From a virus (lineage: Duplodnaviria > Heunggongvirae > Uroviricota > Caudoviricetes): a DNA stretch of 64,000 nt. The stretch is from IMG/VR virus record IMGVR_UViG_3300021387_000463, positions 171,001-235,000 of that record. One strand, 5' to 3'. Each line of letters begins with the position of its first letter. The stretch's first letter is position 1. The notes under the pieces are model-generated. The model had not been told where the DNA came from and did no database searches. It saw only the letters and a program-made list of their open reading frames with translations. Below are positions 29,051-38,839 of this stretch, piece after piece. The position numbers and the translations under genes were made by a program.

Positions 29051-29581
29051 ATGATTGAAAAAGGAACTATATTTTATTGGGGAACTGATGGATTCCCTGG
29101 ACATTATTTAAAAATCTATGGCAAAAATAACCTCACCTATGAGGAAAGACGTAAGATAGAACTCCTTCTTGAAAGCGTTGATTCCAGAGAGGAAATTGTT
29201 CGTGAAATCTTCTCAAATAAACTTAACACATTTGGAAGATTCTATTTCACTGACATGGGAACTGTCTTCGGAATGTTGTCTTCTCCAGATGATGAGAGAT
29301 ATGGCTGCAAGACACTTTTCATGGTTTGGGGAGAGAATAAGACTGAAACCGAAATGATTGATATTGCTAAGAACAATGATTTCTTTCGCAAACAGTTTAC
29401 CAAACTAGCACAACGCTGGAAAGTAGATGTCCCTTGGCTTGAGAAGACAACTGATTATACAATCGATGACTGTATCTCAGAATTTGAAAAAGCATATCTA
29501 GAGAATAAATATAAGGAATCAGGAGCCAAACTTAAACTCGTAACAAATTGGCTTAAAATTGCAAAAGAACATTTAAAATAA
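29051..29581 (+). CDS. Hypothetical protein
   Basis: YWGTDG.PGHY, SPDD.R.GC.T.F motifs. Confidence 0.75.
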   Translation: MIEKGTIFYWGTDGFPGHYLKIYGKNNLTYEERRKIELLLESVDSREEIVREIFSNKLNTFGRFYFTDMGTVFGMLSSPDDERYGCKTLFMVWGENKTETEMIDIAKNNDFFRKQFTKLAQRWKVDVPWLEKTTDYTIDDCISEFEKAYLENKYKESGAKLKLVTNWLKIAKEHLK

Positions 29582-29588
29582 CAGCAAT

Positions 29589-29813
29589 ATGAAATTATTT
29601 GCATTTATTCGTGAATGGTGGGAAGAGAGGAAATATCCAGAAGAGGTTAAAGAACTCATTCGGATTAAGCGCAAGAAAATCCGTTCCTACAAAAAGAAAA
29701 TCAAGTCTTCGATAAAAAATGGTGGTAGAGACCATACCATTAAGCAATATCGATACTTAGCTAGAAAGGCAAAAAAAGAACTTGAAGGTATTAAAGAACA
29801 TTTTAAGAAATAA
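29589..29813 (+). CDS. Basic small protein
   Basis: Very Lys/Arg-rich. Confidence 0.6.
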   Translation: MKLFAFIREWWEERKYPEEVKELIRIKRKKIRSYKKKIKSSIKNGGRDHTIKQYRYLARKAKKELEGIKEHFKK

Positions 29814-29816
29814 TAT

Positions 29817-30158
29817 ATGGCAAATACTAATTTTACAAAAGGAGACTCCGTAAACGCTAAGAAATGGAATGGTACATCATTCTTGGGAATCTATGAAAAT
29901 ATGTATGATGATGGTTCTCATTGCGTATTAGATGTGACAAGCGGAAAGAGCTTTAACGTCCATCCTACTGACGTTAAGATGGCCACTGAGGAAGAGACCA
30001 AGGAGATTAAGAAACTCTCCAAGGAGAATAACATAAAGCCTCGTGACAATGGTGCTAATACCTATGTGACTGGCAAACCCACCACACCAAAAGAAAAGGA
30101 AGAACCAAAGGTTGACAAGGAACTTGAGGCTGCAATGGAAGCCATTGAAGAAGAATGA
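29817..30158 (+). CDS. Hypothetical protein (SH3/Tudor-like N-terminus)
   Basis: F.KGD.V.A ... G.....V.P.D.. Confidence 0.7.
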   Translation: MANTNFTKGDSVNAKKWNGTSFLGIYENMYDDGSHCVLDVTSGKSFNVHPTDVKMATEEETKEIKKLSKENNIKPRDNGANTYVTGKPTTPKEKEEPKVDKELEAAMEAIEEE

Positions 30159-30463
30159 ATATGGGTAAATTAACATTTGCAGATGTCGTAGATAAGGAGT
30201 TCACCATCTATGAGGTATCAAGAGGTGGCTCTATTTCCAAGAGGGAGAAATGTAAGTTTGGTTTTGACTATGAGTTCAATCGCAAGGATGTCGAAGGACC
30301 AGCCAAATTGACTCAATCAGCCTTGCACATCAATAAGAATGGAAACATTCATATTGGATGGGGATATGGCATTTTCCTTAATAAAGAAGATGCTCAAGCA
30401 TTAGCTTTGAAGATTGCCAAAACCAAATATGAGAATTCTATTAAGAAAATTATGAATATATAA
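30155..30463 (+). CDS. Hypothetical protein
   Basis: Coupled ORF. Confidence 0.7.
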   Translation: MNMGKLTFADVVDKEFTIYEVSRGGSISKREKCKFGFDYEFNRKDVEGPAKLTQSALHINKNGNIHIGWGYGIFLNKEDAQALALKIAKTKYENSIKKIMNI

Positions 30464-30541
30464 TGCAAGTAGGTGACATCATAGAATACAAGGGAAAACT
30501 AAACGCAAATATTAGGCAATTATATAACAATTAGACCCAAT

Positions 30542-30904
30542 ATGATTACAAACCAAGAAAGAATTAATATCATAAGAGAGAAACTGAATAAAACTCCCTT
30601 AATTAAATTTGAAGAACCAATAAGCGTTGGCGTTCAAAGAAGTTGTTTGGAATTACGTGCAATTGTGGATATTCACAAAGAAGGAAAATCTATAATATGC
30701 ACAGAAACAGTAAGTCCATATAACAAAACAGGAGAGGGTACGTTGAACATTAGAGAAATAAAACCTGGTTCTGTAATGTATATTCTATGGGTAATTCTAT
30801 CAGAAGAAGAAAGGAATGAAATTATGAAAGAACATTTTTATAAAGATACTGAATGGGCATATTTGTCTAATGCAACAAAAGAAAATACTGTAAGGGTCAA
30901 ATAA
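30542..30904 (+). CDS. Hypothetical protein
   Basis: Intact ORF. Confidence 0.7.
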   Translation: MITNQERINIIREKLNKTPLIKFEEPISVGVQRSCLELRAIVDIHKEGKSIICTETVSPYNKTGEGTLNIREIKPGSVMYILWVILSEEERNEIMKEHFYKDTEWAYLSNATKENTVRVK

Positions 30905-30946
30905 TATATGATTACCAAATATTATGAATCTAAATATAAATGAGCT

Positions 30947-30982
30947 AAAAAGGGTGAACAAATGAATGTTCATCCTTTTTTA
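30947..30982. terminator. Rho-independent terminator
   Basis: aaaagggtgaaca-aatgaa-tgttcatcctttttt. Confidence 0.7.
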
Positions 30983-31053
30983 CTTTTTTTAACTCTCCAT
31001 TTTTGCATTTCTCCTATTTTTTCCATATCTTTGCTTTATAACGCATAATAAGT

Positions 31054-31392
31054 ATGATACATCAAGATACATTAGAGGAAACACAAGAGATTCTTCTCAA
31101 TGTCTATGAGTCATTGAAGGAACTAACATTGGAGAATCTTAAGGAACGAACTGATTTCATTACCAAGGCATTCAAACACCTTCAAGAGAACGTCATCAAG
31201 GATGAATTCATTAAGGACACTAGCAACAATGTGGATGACTTGCTTAAGAAAATAAAGCGCAACATGTTGATGTTTGAAAGAATCGCCTTGTCGGATGTGA
31301 AACCAGAGAATTACATCAATAAGCAGCCAATGCTTACCCATTGGGTCAAATATTACGTTGAACAAGTTGATAGAATGCTGAAGAATGGGTGA
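31054..31392 (+). CDS. Hypothetical helical protein
   Basis: After promoter 31026. Confidence 0.75.
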   Translation: MIHQDTLEETQEILLNVYESLKELTLENLKERTDFITKAFKHLQENVIKDEFIKDTSNNVDDLLKKIKRNMLMFERIALSDVKPENYINKQPMLTHWVKYYVEQVDRMLKNG

Positions 31393-31618
31393 GGATTTTA
31401 AGCTGTTTGCCTTTGCCTCAAATGAAGATGGGAGCAAAATCTTCTGTAGATTAGCCTATAAGAAGAAAACAATGGCAAAAGGATTCTACGACTTCGACAA
31501 GGAAAAGTTCTTTGTAACAAACTATGTTAAAACCAATTTTGTAAAAGGTATCGGAAAAAATACAGTGAAGAAAAAACTAATTGAACTACTAAGAGAAGAT
31601 TATGATTGGGAATTGTAA
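31385..31618 (+). CDS. Hypothetical protein
   Basis: Coupled ORF. Confidence 0.65.
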   Translation: MGEDFKLFAFASNEDGSKIFCRLAYKKKTMAKGFYDFDKEKFFVTNYVKTNFVKGIGKNTVKKKLIELLREDYDWEL

Positions 31619-31955
31619 CCTTGTTCTGATATATAATAAGAATAATCATGATGAAAAATGGCTTACAAGAGAAGATTATATAGTTGGTAAAAGCCACTAC
31701 AAATATCTTATGCCACTCAGGAAAGATATTGAAAAAGATATGGCCAATCCTTTGAAACTCGCAAGCTTTAAGGATGCCGTGTTGAATCTATTCGCTGATA
31801 ATGTGTCAGATAGATACTTGGGAATCATGACAACTGATAGACAAAGAAAACCTGATATAAACACTTACCGCTTGATTTCAAAAATATTGAAATTAACATC
31901 TTATAAGTTCAATAAAAAGACACAAAAGTTAATCAAAATACATAATAAAAAATGA
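31602..31955 (+). CDS. Hypothetical protein with C-terminal YKFNKK..KL motif
   Basis: Shared C-terminal tag. Confidence 0.7.
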   Translation: MIGNCNLVLIYNKNNHDEKWLTREDYIVGKSHYKYLMPLRKDIEKDMANPLKLASFKDAVLNLFADNVSDRYLGIMTTDRQRKPDINTYRLISKILKLTSYKFNKKTQKLIKIHNKK

Positions 31956-32509
31956 GTATAAGCGTTATACAACAGATAATGTCATTCTTCAACAATGTAT
32001 CTGATTTGACATCAGACTACGTTGATAGAGTCGAATTAAACCCAATAAGATTGTATGGCAATATCTATATCACTGGGTTTAAACGTGGATTCACCTATGG
32101 TTCAACCATTGAGGCGCACATCAAGGAGATAAGAAGAATCCAAATTAAGACAGATGTGGCAATTGGTGATGATGATGGATATTACTTCATGGAACCAGAT
32201 AGCGAAATGTGGCTTCCTTGCACCATGCTCTCAGATGAACTACTTAAGATAGCATTCAAACAGTTTGAAGAAAGCTTCAATAAGGTAAAGGAGTTCCATG
32301 TGCTAGATATTCAGTATAAGGAAAAAGGCGTTGAAAAACACCATTCTGAAACAATCTATTATCAGAATAAACGAACTGGATATAAGGATGTCATTAAGTT
32401 CCGCAAGGACTTTGAACAATGCGGTACAAAGTTCCACATCTTCTCAAACATGAAAGGTAAGGAAGAAAAACCATCTGATTTCGAAATTCTAACAGCAGCA
32501 GTAGAATGA
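31952..32509 (+). CDS. Hypothetical protein
   Basis: Coupled ORF. Confidence 0.7.
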   Translation: MSISVIQQIMSFFNNVSDLTSDYVDRVELNPIRLYGNIYITGFKRGFTYGSTIEAHIKEIRRIQIKTDVAIGDDDGYYFMEPDSEMWLPCTMLSDELLKIAFKQFEESFNKVKEFHVLDIQYKEKGVEKHHSETIYYQNKRTGYKDVIKFRKDFEQCGTKFHIFSNMKGKEEKPSDFEILTAAVE

Positions 32510-32955
32510 TAATCACAAACGATACAACTTGTCTATTACTCTCACTTCGAGAGAATATGTATGAAGAGGTTAAAATATCCGTAGCACAAGTAATACTGAA
32601 GGAAAAGGATAGCACATTCATTTCTAAATACAGTAGAACAATATATCAGTATGCCGCATACTATAATCATGGAAACTTCCTCTATAATACATGTGGTGCT
32701 GCTGGACGAATAGCAGAGCTATGGTTTGATGACCTCGAAAGAGACAGAGAGGAAAAGGTGAAATATTTCTACAATCATATGAATAGAACGCATTACTTCC
32801 TCTCAAGGGACAAACAAGCCATAAAGGAAATAGCACACAATAAACTATTCCAATGGAAACAGAAGAAACTGCTCAAAGACTCAGAGTTCGATTTTTCACA
32901 AATAAACTTTACATATAAACAAATTTTATGTGATTTAAGACACGCTATTATATGA
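32506..32955 (+). CDS. Hypothetical protein
   Basis: Coupled ORF. Confidence 0.7.
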   Translation: MIITNDTTCLLLSLRENMYEEVKISVAQVILKEKDSTFISKYSRTIYQYAAYYNHGNFLYNTCGAAGRIAELWFDDLERDREEKVKYFYNHMNRTHYFLSRDKQAIKEIAHNKLFQWKQKKLLKDSEFDFSQINFTYKQILCDLRHAII

Positions 32956-33323
32956 GCAAGATAACACTCAATAAGGGACAATTCTATAAACTGAAACAGC
33001 ATGTATATGATACTGGATACGTAGTCATATGCCCTTCAAGAAACTTTACATTGAAGGAATATTGCGATTATGATGCAATCCCTTCACTCTTCAAGGTTAC
33101 TGGTTATGGCAAACGTAAGAAACTCCATCCATATTCAACATATAGAATAGAGAAAGGCAAACTTATAAAGTATGGTAGGGTATTCAATGTCATAATATAC
33201 AGACAGAACTATAGAACCATTAAGCCATTGTCTATAAAGGATTGCATACAACTCAATATTTTTCTGAGGGAAAATAGCTTTGTTTTCAATAAAAAGGTGA
33301 ATAAATTAATCCAATTAAGATAA
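32952..33323 (+). CDS. Hypothetical protein with C-terminal FVFNKK..KL motif
   Basis: Shared C-terminal tag. Confidence 0.7.
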   Translation: MSKITLNKGQFYKLKQHVYDTGYVVICPSRNFTLKEYCDYDAIPSLFKVTGYGKRKKLHPYSTYRIEKGKLIKYGRVFNVIIYRQNYRTIKPLSIKDCIQLNIFLRENSFVFNKKVNKLIQLR

Positions 33324-33389
33324 ATTAACGTGAGATATTTGTCTATCTCACGTTTTTTTTATATATTTGCAGATATAATAAGCACCAAA

Positions 33390-33848
33390 ATGGAATTAAA
33401 CGCATACACAGTAAAAAAAGGAATGGAACTCTTCATCTTGCAAGCAACCCATTACAAAGATGAAAAAACATGGTATTTTACCATCAAAAAAGTTAAGGCT
33501 GAATCTTTAGATGCTGAAGACTCATACTTCTATTTCTACGGAAGAAGACAGGTAAATACTAGTGATGAACTGCCATACAATTATCATGACGGTTATCATG
33601 TCTATGGGGATGTACGCAATAATAAAGAACCATTCCTCAAGATAAGGCATGACAATGAAATGTATACCCAAGACATAATCTATCTATGCGATTCCTACAA
33701 GACAACCTTGAAGACACTTAAGCAAGCTGTATTTAACGGCAAGGGAAACGAAACAACTAGGAGAAAAAGATTATCAATGTATAGGGCATTCATGGTAGCA
33801 TATAACAAAGCACCATATAAAGAAAACTTTTATACAACAATAAGATGA
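33390..33848 (+). CDS. Hypothetical protein, paralog of 33845-34327
   Basis: A.T/Y.KKG..LF....YKD..W..T.KK.K; ATG 33390 after promoter. Confidence 0.75.
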   Translation: MELNAYTVKKGMELFILQATHYKDEKTWYFTIKKVKAESLDAEDSYFYFYGRRQVNTSDELPYNYHDGYHVYGDVRNNKEPFLKIRHDNEMYTQDIIYLCDSYKTTLKTLKQAVFNGKGNETTRRKRLSMYRAFMVAYNKAPYKENFYTTIR

Positions 33849-34327
33849 ATGTCATTGATGCGGATTATATAAAAAAAGGAGATAACGTATTCCTATTCAT
33901 GGTGGATATATATAAAGATGGATTCTGGACACTTACCTTTAAGAAAGCAAAAGTGTGCGAATTTAAACTCACAATAATCTACTATGAATTCATACTAGGG
34001 GTACGTAAATATTATGGGGAAAAGTATAAAAATATCTTGAGTAGATATAACTTTAGAATACCAATTGAAACATTGAATGGTAATACAAAACCATCCATAA
34101 AAGCCAAAAGATTTTTTTCAACATATATACATGAATATGGAGCTGAGAGACACTATTATATCTGCTCAAGCATCAAAAGCGCATTGGAAGTATTTAAGAA
34201 AAATCATATCACAGATAAAAAATATAACGAAATAACCACAAGGAAAAGAGAAAGAATATATAGGCAATTTGTCACAGATTGGCTTAAAACCAAAGAACCG
34301 CTTAATTTCGTGGGATGCTTTAAATAA
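33845..34327 (+). CDS. Hypothetical protein, paralog of 33390-33848
   Basis: Shared N-terminal motif. Confidence 0.75.
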   Translation: MNVIDADYIKKGDNVFLFMVDIYKDGFWTLTFKKAKVCEFKLTIIYYEFILGVRKYYGEKYKNILSRYNFRIPIETLNGNTKPSIKAKRFFSTYIHEYGAERHYYICSSIKSALEVFKKNHITDKKYNEITTRKRERIYRQFVTDWLKTKEPLNFVGCFK

Positions 34328-34353
34328 CAATAATTAAAAATAAATTAATAACT

Positions 34354-34728
34354 ATGTCAAAAAGTAGAAAAAACAAGAGCGATATTCGCTCAAACAAGAG
34401 ATTTATTTTCAACTGCATTCTCAGTTTCGGTACAGACTCCTCTAAAGCCGATATAATGGGCGATAATCCACTTGAGGAGAAAGTATACACCAAACGTATC
34501 AACATCGATACGGACTACGAGGGAGGACTACATATCGCCTCTGTGTCACTCACAAGTGATAGTCCTAACTTTACCGATGCAAACAATACAGACATATCCA
34601 TCCGCAAGGTGAGAATCAACACCAAGAACTATAACGGTAAATGGGTAAACATCTTCCTCAACGAAGCACCTACCAAACTGGTAAACGCTATCGCTGAGAA
34701 ACTGTTCATGAAATATGCTGAAGATTGA
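34354..34728 (+). CDS. Hypothetical protein
   Basis: Intact ORF. Confidence 0.75.
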   Translation: MSKSRKNKSDIRSNKRFIFNCILSFGTDSSKADIMGDNPLEEKVYTKRINIDTDYEGGLHIASVSLTSDSPNFTDANNTDISIRKVRINTKNYNGKWVNIFLNEAPTKLVNAIAEKLFMKYAED

Positions 34729-35128
34729 AAAAGGTAAAAGATATGTGATGGTGAGGATTGATAATATGTATGTAGGCATTCATGCAGTCGCTATGACAAA
34801 TACGCCTAATTTCTCCTCTACTAGCACAATAATGAATTATAGGGTAATAGGAGATAATGGACTGTGCTTCGAGGGCAGTCCAATCCACTCCTCTTTCTTG
34901 TTCACAAATATATGCACATTTTTTGAACATTGGGTCGTTCTAGCACATGGATGGGCTTTGGTCGATTCGAGAGAAAATGCACTCAAGTATTGTAGGAAAG
35001 CAATTCTATGGGAATTCTATAGGGATGAAAAACTAGTGCCATTTAAACAGAATATGTCTGTGCATGGATGGATGTGTGGCGCAGCATACCAAAAGGCTCT
35101 AGCACAATTGAAAGCATTAAAACTATAA
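34715..35128 (+). CDS. Hypothetical protein
   Basis: Coupled ORF. Confidence 0.7.
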   Translation: MLKIEKGKRYVMVRIDNMYVGIHAVAMTNTPNFSSTSTIMNYRVIGDNGLCFEGSPIHSSFLFTNICTFFEHWVVLAHGWALVDSRENALKYCRKAILWEFYRDEKLVPFKQNMSVHGWMCGAAYQKALAQLKALKL

Positions 35129-35131
35129 TAT

Positions 35132-35536
35132 ATGTACGAACTCCTTAATATAAAAAATAAATTCAAAGGAAAAAGACTCTATTACTGTGGCTTCCGTGAA
35201 AACATATATTCATCAACCCCAGTCCTAAGAAGAGTATTCATAAGATTGGTCACATACGTTGATGAGGATATGCTGTTAGTCGGAGAAAACTTTAGACTCC
35301 AAATCCCAATGAAAGAACTAGTTACCAATAGGACATTCTCAATGAGGATGGGAAGCAAAGTGATGTATGATATCAAAACACCTTGGAGAATCATAAGCAC
35401 TGAGAAACAAGAGGTCGCTAGATTCATCAAGGATTATTATTGTACCTCCATGCGTGTAGCTTGGGGATATTCATATCATAACACTGCTGTGCAAGATAAG
35501 TATAAAAAACTTATGGAACAGTTAAAGAAGTTATGA
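35132..35536 (+). CDS. Hypothetical protein
   Basis: Coupled ORF. Confidence 0.7.
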   Translation: MYELLNIKNKFKGKRLYYCGFRENIYSSTPVLRRVFIRLVTYVDEDMLLVGENFRLQIPMKELVTNRTFSMRMGSKVMYDIKTPWRIISTEKQEVARFIKDYYCTSMRVAWGYSYHNTAVQDKYKKLMEQLKKL

Positions 35537-35964
35537 AACCTATGGAAACGAAAATTCTTAATTTCGCCACACTGTCCCAAGGACAAATAAATGTCTATAT
35601 CTATGTGGATGGCAAGTACCCAACAAAAGGGACAATAATGGGCTTTATGGGATTAGATGATAGTATTATATACGCAGATGCAATATCAATAGTGGTATAT
35701 GCCTCGCATACATTCCACACAGTACAATTCGATGTCATACAACTCATAGAAAATAATACAGACCATCTAGAGCTTAGATACGATAATAAAAGACCAACCT
35801 TTATAACCACATCAAAGGCAACTCTCATGGAATATATGAGAAAAGAAATACTCACTAGCCCACATATATGGACTGGTAAACTTGGTATCATTAATAACTT
35901 CCATAGAAAAGATGTGGCTAAAGAATTGTATCATGATTTGGTTAAGGTAATTAAAAATCTATAG
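35533..35964 (+). CDS. Hypothetical protein
   Basis: Coupled ORF. Confidence 0.7.
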   Translation: MKPMETKILNFATLSQGQINVYIYVDGKYPTKGTIMGFMGLDDSIIYADAISIVVYASHTFHTVQFDVIQLIENNTDHLELRYDNKRPTFITTSKATLMEYMRKEILTSPHIWTGKLGIINNFHRKDVAKELYHDLVKVIKNL

Positions 35965-35975
35965 TATAACATAAT

Positions 35976-36254
35976 ATGAAAAAAGAAGACAAAAATAGAT
36001 TGTTCTCCATATTACAGAACTATAACAATATCTCAATTCTAATGGGAGACCTTCTAAACCCCATTAAATCCATGATGGAGAAATATTCATGCTCCGAAGA
36101 TGAAGCATGCAATATTAAACTACGTGCCGAAGAATACCTTAAGAACTATGGCTGCATGACACTAGACGCAACAACAAAAGCAGTGAAAAATATTGTCGAA
36201 AGAATAGAAGTGGAAGAAGAAATTGAAACTCTAGTACCAATAGATGCAAGATGA
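35976..36254 (+). CDS. Hypothetical protein
   Basis: Intact ORF. Confidence 0.65.
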   Translation: MKKEDKNRLFSILQNYNNISILMGDLLNPIKSMMEKYSCSEDEACNIKLRAEEYLKNYGCMTLDATTKAVKNIVERIEVEEEIETLVPIDAR

Positions 36255-36314
36255 TAACATATAGAGGAACATACCAAAAAGTAATGAACACACTTAAACA
36301 ATTATAAAATAACT

Positions 36315-36707
36315 ATGTATTATAGCCACTCTACAGTCGAAGGTAAACAAACTTACCAACAACAACCAAAGGAATCACTTGAGGAGAGAACAAGAAAATT
36401 ATATAAACTCCTTAAACAACATAACCTCTTCGGAATATATATTACAACTGTAACAGTTAGACCTAAGAGAATACACGATATTCTAGATGAATGGCTCTGG
36501 ATTACAGAAACCCCAGTAGGAGTAATGATGAAGAAATATCATGACCAATTCATAATGGATGGAACTATAGAAATTAATAAAAGAGAACTATTGAAAAATT
36601 ATAATGATACACTCTCAAGACTCGATGAGAAATACCTAGTAAACCTCATAGAATATATGAGAAGATACTTTGACTCAGAAAGAGGAAGAAATATAAAATT
36701 GATATGA
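36315..36707 (+). CDS. Hypothetical protein, LK..xLY/F family
   Basis: LYKLLKQHNLFGIY. Confidence 0.65.
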   Translation: MYYSHSTVEGKQTYQQQPKESLEERTRKLYKLLKQHNLFGIYITTVTVRPKRIHDILDEWLWITETPVGVMMKKYHDQFIMDGTIEINKRELLKNYNDTLSRLDEKYLVNLIEYMRRYFDSERGRNIKLI

Positions 36708-37018
36708 TAATAAACGAGAAATCAAAGAGAATCATAAAACTCGCAAAAGAAAAAAAACTATATACACAATTCAGAGTGTTACTCCAATGGCTACACTCAG
36801 ATATAGATAAAACTAGAGCACATAATACACATTATATGCTCCCAAAAAATCATATCCTATTTAAGTTCTTTAAAGCCGTACAAAACGAAAATAATACAGA
36901 ACTAATCAACATATTGGAACACTTTAAACAAGTACAACCAAAATCAGAAAAACAAGTAAACAACTTTAAAAAATACTTCCTATATAAACCAAGAAGAAAA
37001 CATAGTAGAACACTATGA
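36704..37018 (+). CDS. Hypothetical protein, LK..xLY..FR family
   Basis: KEKKLYTQFRVLL. Confidence 0.65.
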   Translation: MIINEKSKRIIKLAKEKKLYTQFRVLLQWLHSDIDKTRAHNTHYMLPKNHILFKFFKAVQNENNTELINILEHFKQVQPKSEKQVNNFKKYFLYKPRRKHSRTL

Positions 37019-37287
37019 GCAAAAAAATAAACTATAAACACTTTATACAAACTCTTAAGGCATACGATGTATACGTAACATTCAGAGTGCTAATGCATAA
37101 ACAAATTGAACATCATGGGGGTAATCCACATGACAAATTTGCACTACAACTAAGACAAGCATATACATTACAACACTATAGAGAAAATAACTGGACAACT
37201 AAACGTATCATATCATTCCTTAACGCAGTCAAAAGAGCAATGGATAAAGAGAAATACAAATATTTCACTATCAATAACGCACTATGA
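37015..37287 (+). CDS. Hypothetical protein, LK..xLY..FR family
   Basis: LKAYDVYVTFRVLM. Confidence 0.65.
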   Translation: MSKKINYKHFIQTLKAYDVYVTFRVLMHKQIEHHGGNPHDKFALQLRQAYTLQHYRENNWTTKRIISFLNAVKRAMDKEKYKYFTINNAL

Positions 37288-37757
37288 CACAACAACAATT
37301 AATGCAATTCCAACTAACAGAACAAAAGAGAAAAACAATACTTCTCTTTAAAAAATATAAAATATACCCACAATTTAGAACTATAGTAAACCTTATGGCT
37401 GCTATGGCTGACTATACATGGCATATAGATGATGTCCCAGAATTCTTTCGGACAAACTCTAATCCATACAACACTAGACTAGAACAACGAAAAACACATA
37501 TAGGACAATTTAATAAAGAAGAAATAGAATCACTCATAGAATGGATTACTAAAACATTTAAAAATGTAAGAAACCTAATAATTGATAAAAAACAAAATAA
37601 ATTAACACAACAAGAAATAATTGACAAATATTATAATATGGTCGATAAATATGGCAATATAATAGTAACACCATTACTCAGAACTATAGCCGAAATACCT
37701 TCTAGATTATACCTCATGCAGACATATAAACAACTAGAAAATAAAACTTTTTCATAA
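37284..37757 (+). CDS. Hypothetical protein, LK..xLY..FR family
   Basis: FKKYKIYPQFRTIV. Confidence 0.65.
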   Translation: MTQQQLMQFQLTEQKRKTILLFKKYKIYPQFRTIVNLMAAMADYTWHIDDVPEFFRTNSNPYNTRLEQRKTHIGQFNKEEIESLIEWITKTFKNVRNLIIDKKQNKLTQQEIIDKYYNMVDKYGNIIVTPLLRTIAEIPSRLYLMQTYKQLENKTFS

Positions 37758-38089
37758 AACGCACCGTAAATATAAACTACTACCAAAAATTTTCGTATGA
37801 AACTTTTGTAAATGTCTGAAAATCAAAGAGATACAAAACAATATTTTTACTAATTTTTTTGGTATATTCTAAATATCTTCTTAATAAACGTTTGTACAAA
37901 AAATTTTCGTAGAAAAATATTGGGAAATATATAGAAAAGTAGTTAAAAAAACAGTCGTGTTTATATTCCAGAAAAAAAATTGAAAATTCCTGAGAGGGGA
38001 TTGTTAACAATATATAAAAGTCATTAATAAAATTTGGAAATGCGAATTTTTTTATATATATTTGCATTGATATAATAAAATGTAATTAG
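37758..38089. other. AT-rich intergenic region at a strand-skew switch (candidate replication origin)
   Basis: C-rich/A-rich + strand to the left, G-rich to the right; repeat AAAAATTTTCGTA at 37785 and 37899. Confidence 0.45.
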
Positions 38090-38821
38090 ATGTCAAAGAA
38101 GATAATTATACCTTTGAATAATATGAGGCATGCTCTTCATGATTTATTTCATGAGTATCTTGATGAGCTTTATGAGCTTAAGAGGACATGTCGTAGTAGT
38201 AGGTGTATGAGCAGATATAATTGGGCTGATGATGATGAGGTTCAGTGGTTGATGCAGCAAGGTGTTATATTTCCAGGAATGGAAGATGATATGGCCAATT
38301 TCTACGATGGAGAGTATGAAGATGAGGATGCTGACACCATATGGCCTCCCACATCTAAGAAAGGAAAGAAGCGCAGTCTTGACCCTTATGGTGATTATTG
38401 GAACATGATGGATGCTCTTGAGAAGAAGAGCAAGAAGAAGAAGCACAAGAGGGGTAGCAGAGGAAAGGGAAAGATTATTGACATCACAACTCCTTACAGT
38501 GGCATGGAAGAAGACCCACAAGAGGTTGATGAGTATGACACTAGTGGTATAGAGGATGGAAAGGAGATATGGTTTTACCCAGACTATTCGAACAAGCATG
38601 ATAGATTAGAGTTTAATAATCTGAATGACTTTAGTGAATTTTGTGCGGAGCAAGGCTATCATGTTGATGCTGATGTTGGCATGTCTATTGCATATAGGAG
38701 AATCAGTCACACGTGTTTAAACCCAGAGTTAAGGGACGAGGGGGTATTTAATATTGTTGCAGAGGAATCATATGGTGATATGAGATATGCTGTAACTCCA
38801 GTTCAAGAGTTGAGTCAGTAA
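38090..38821 (+). CDS. Hypothetical protein (acidic with Lys-rich linker)
   Basis: After promoter 38057. Confidence 0.8.
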   Translation: MSKKIIIPLNNMRHALHDLFHEYLDELYELKRTCRSSRCMSRYNWADDDEVQWLMQQGVIFPGMEDDMANFYDGEYEDEDADTIWPPTSKKGKKRSLDPYGDYWNMMDALEKKSKKKKHKRGSRGKGKIIDITTPYSGMEEDPQEVDEYDTSGIEDGKEIWFYPDYSNKHDRLEFNNLNDFSEFCAEQGYHVDADVGMSIAYRRISHTCLNPELRDEGVFNIVAEESYGDMRYAVTPVQELSQ

Positions 38822-38839
38822 TATAAAGTAATAAGGAAT

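Larger units (their letters stand above)
1949..38064 (+). promoter_or_regulatory. 14 dispersed Bacteroidota sigma70-type promoters
   Basis: TAnnTTTG(C) -7 boxes start at 1972, 7954, 10292, 11118, 12383, 14137, 16619, 18639, 25327, 27375, 28448, 31026, 33362 and 38057. Each lies just upstream of a gene, most with TTTG/TTG about 20 bp upstream. Confidence 0.85.

Noticed and set aside
37890-37903. GTTTGTACAAAAAA resembling the Gateway attB1 core (vector contamination)
   Set aside because: The flanks do not continue the attB1 sequence; likely chance in AT-rich DNA
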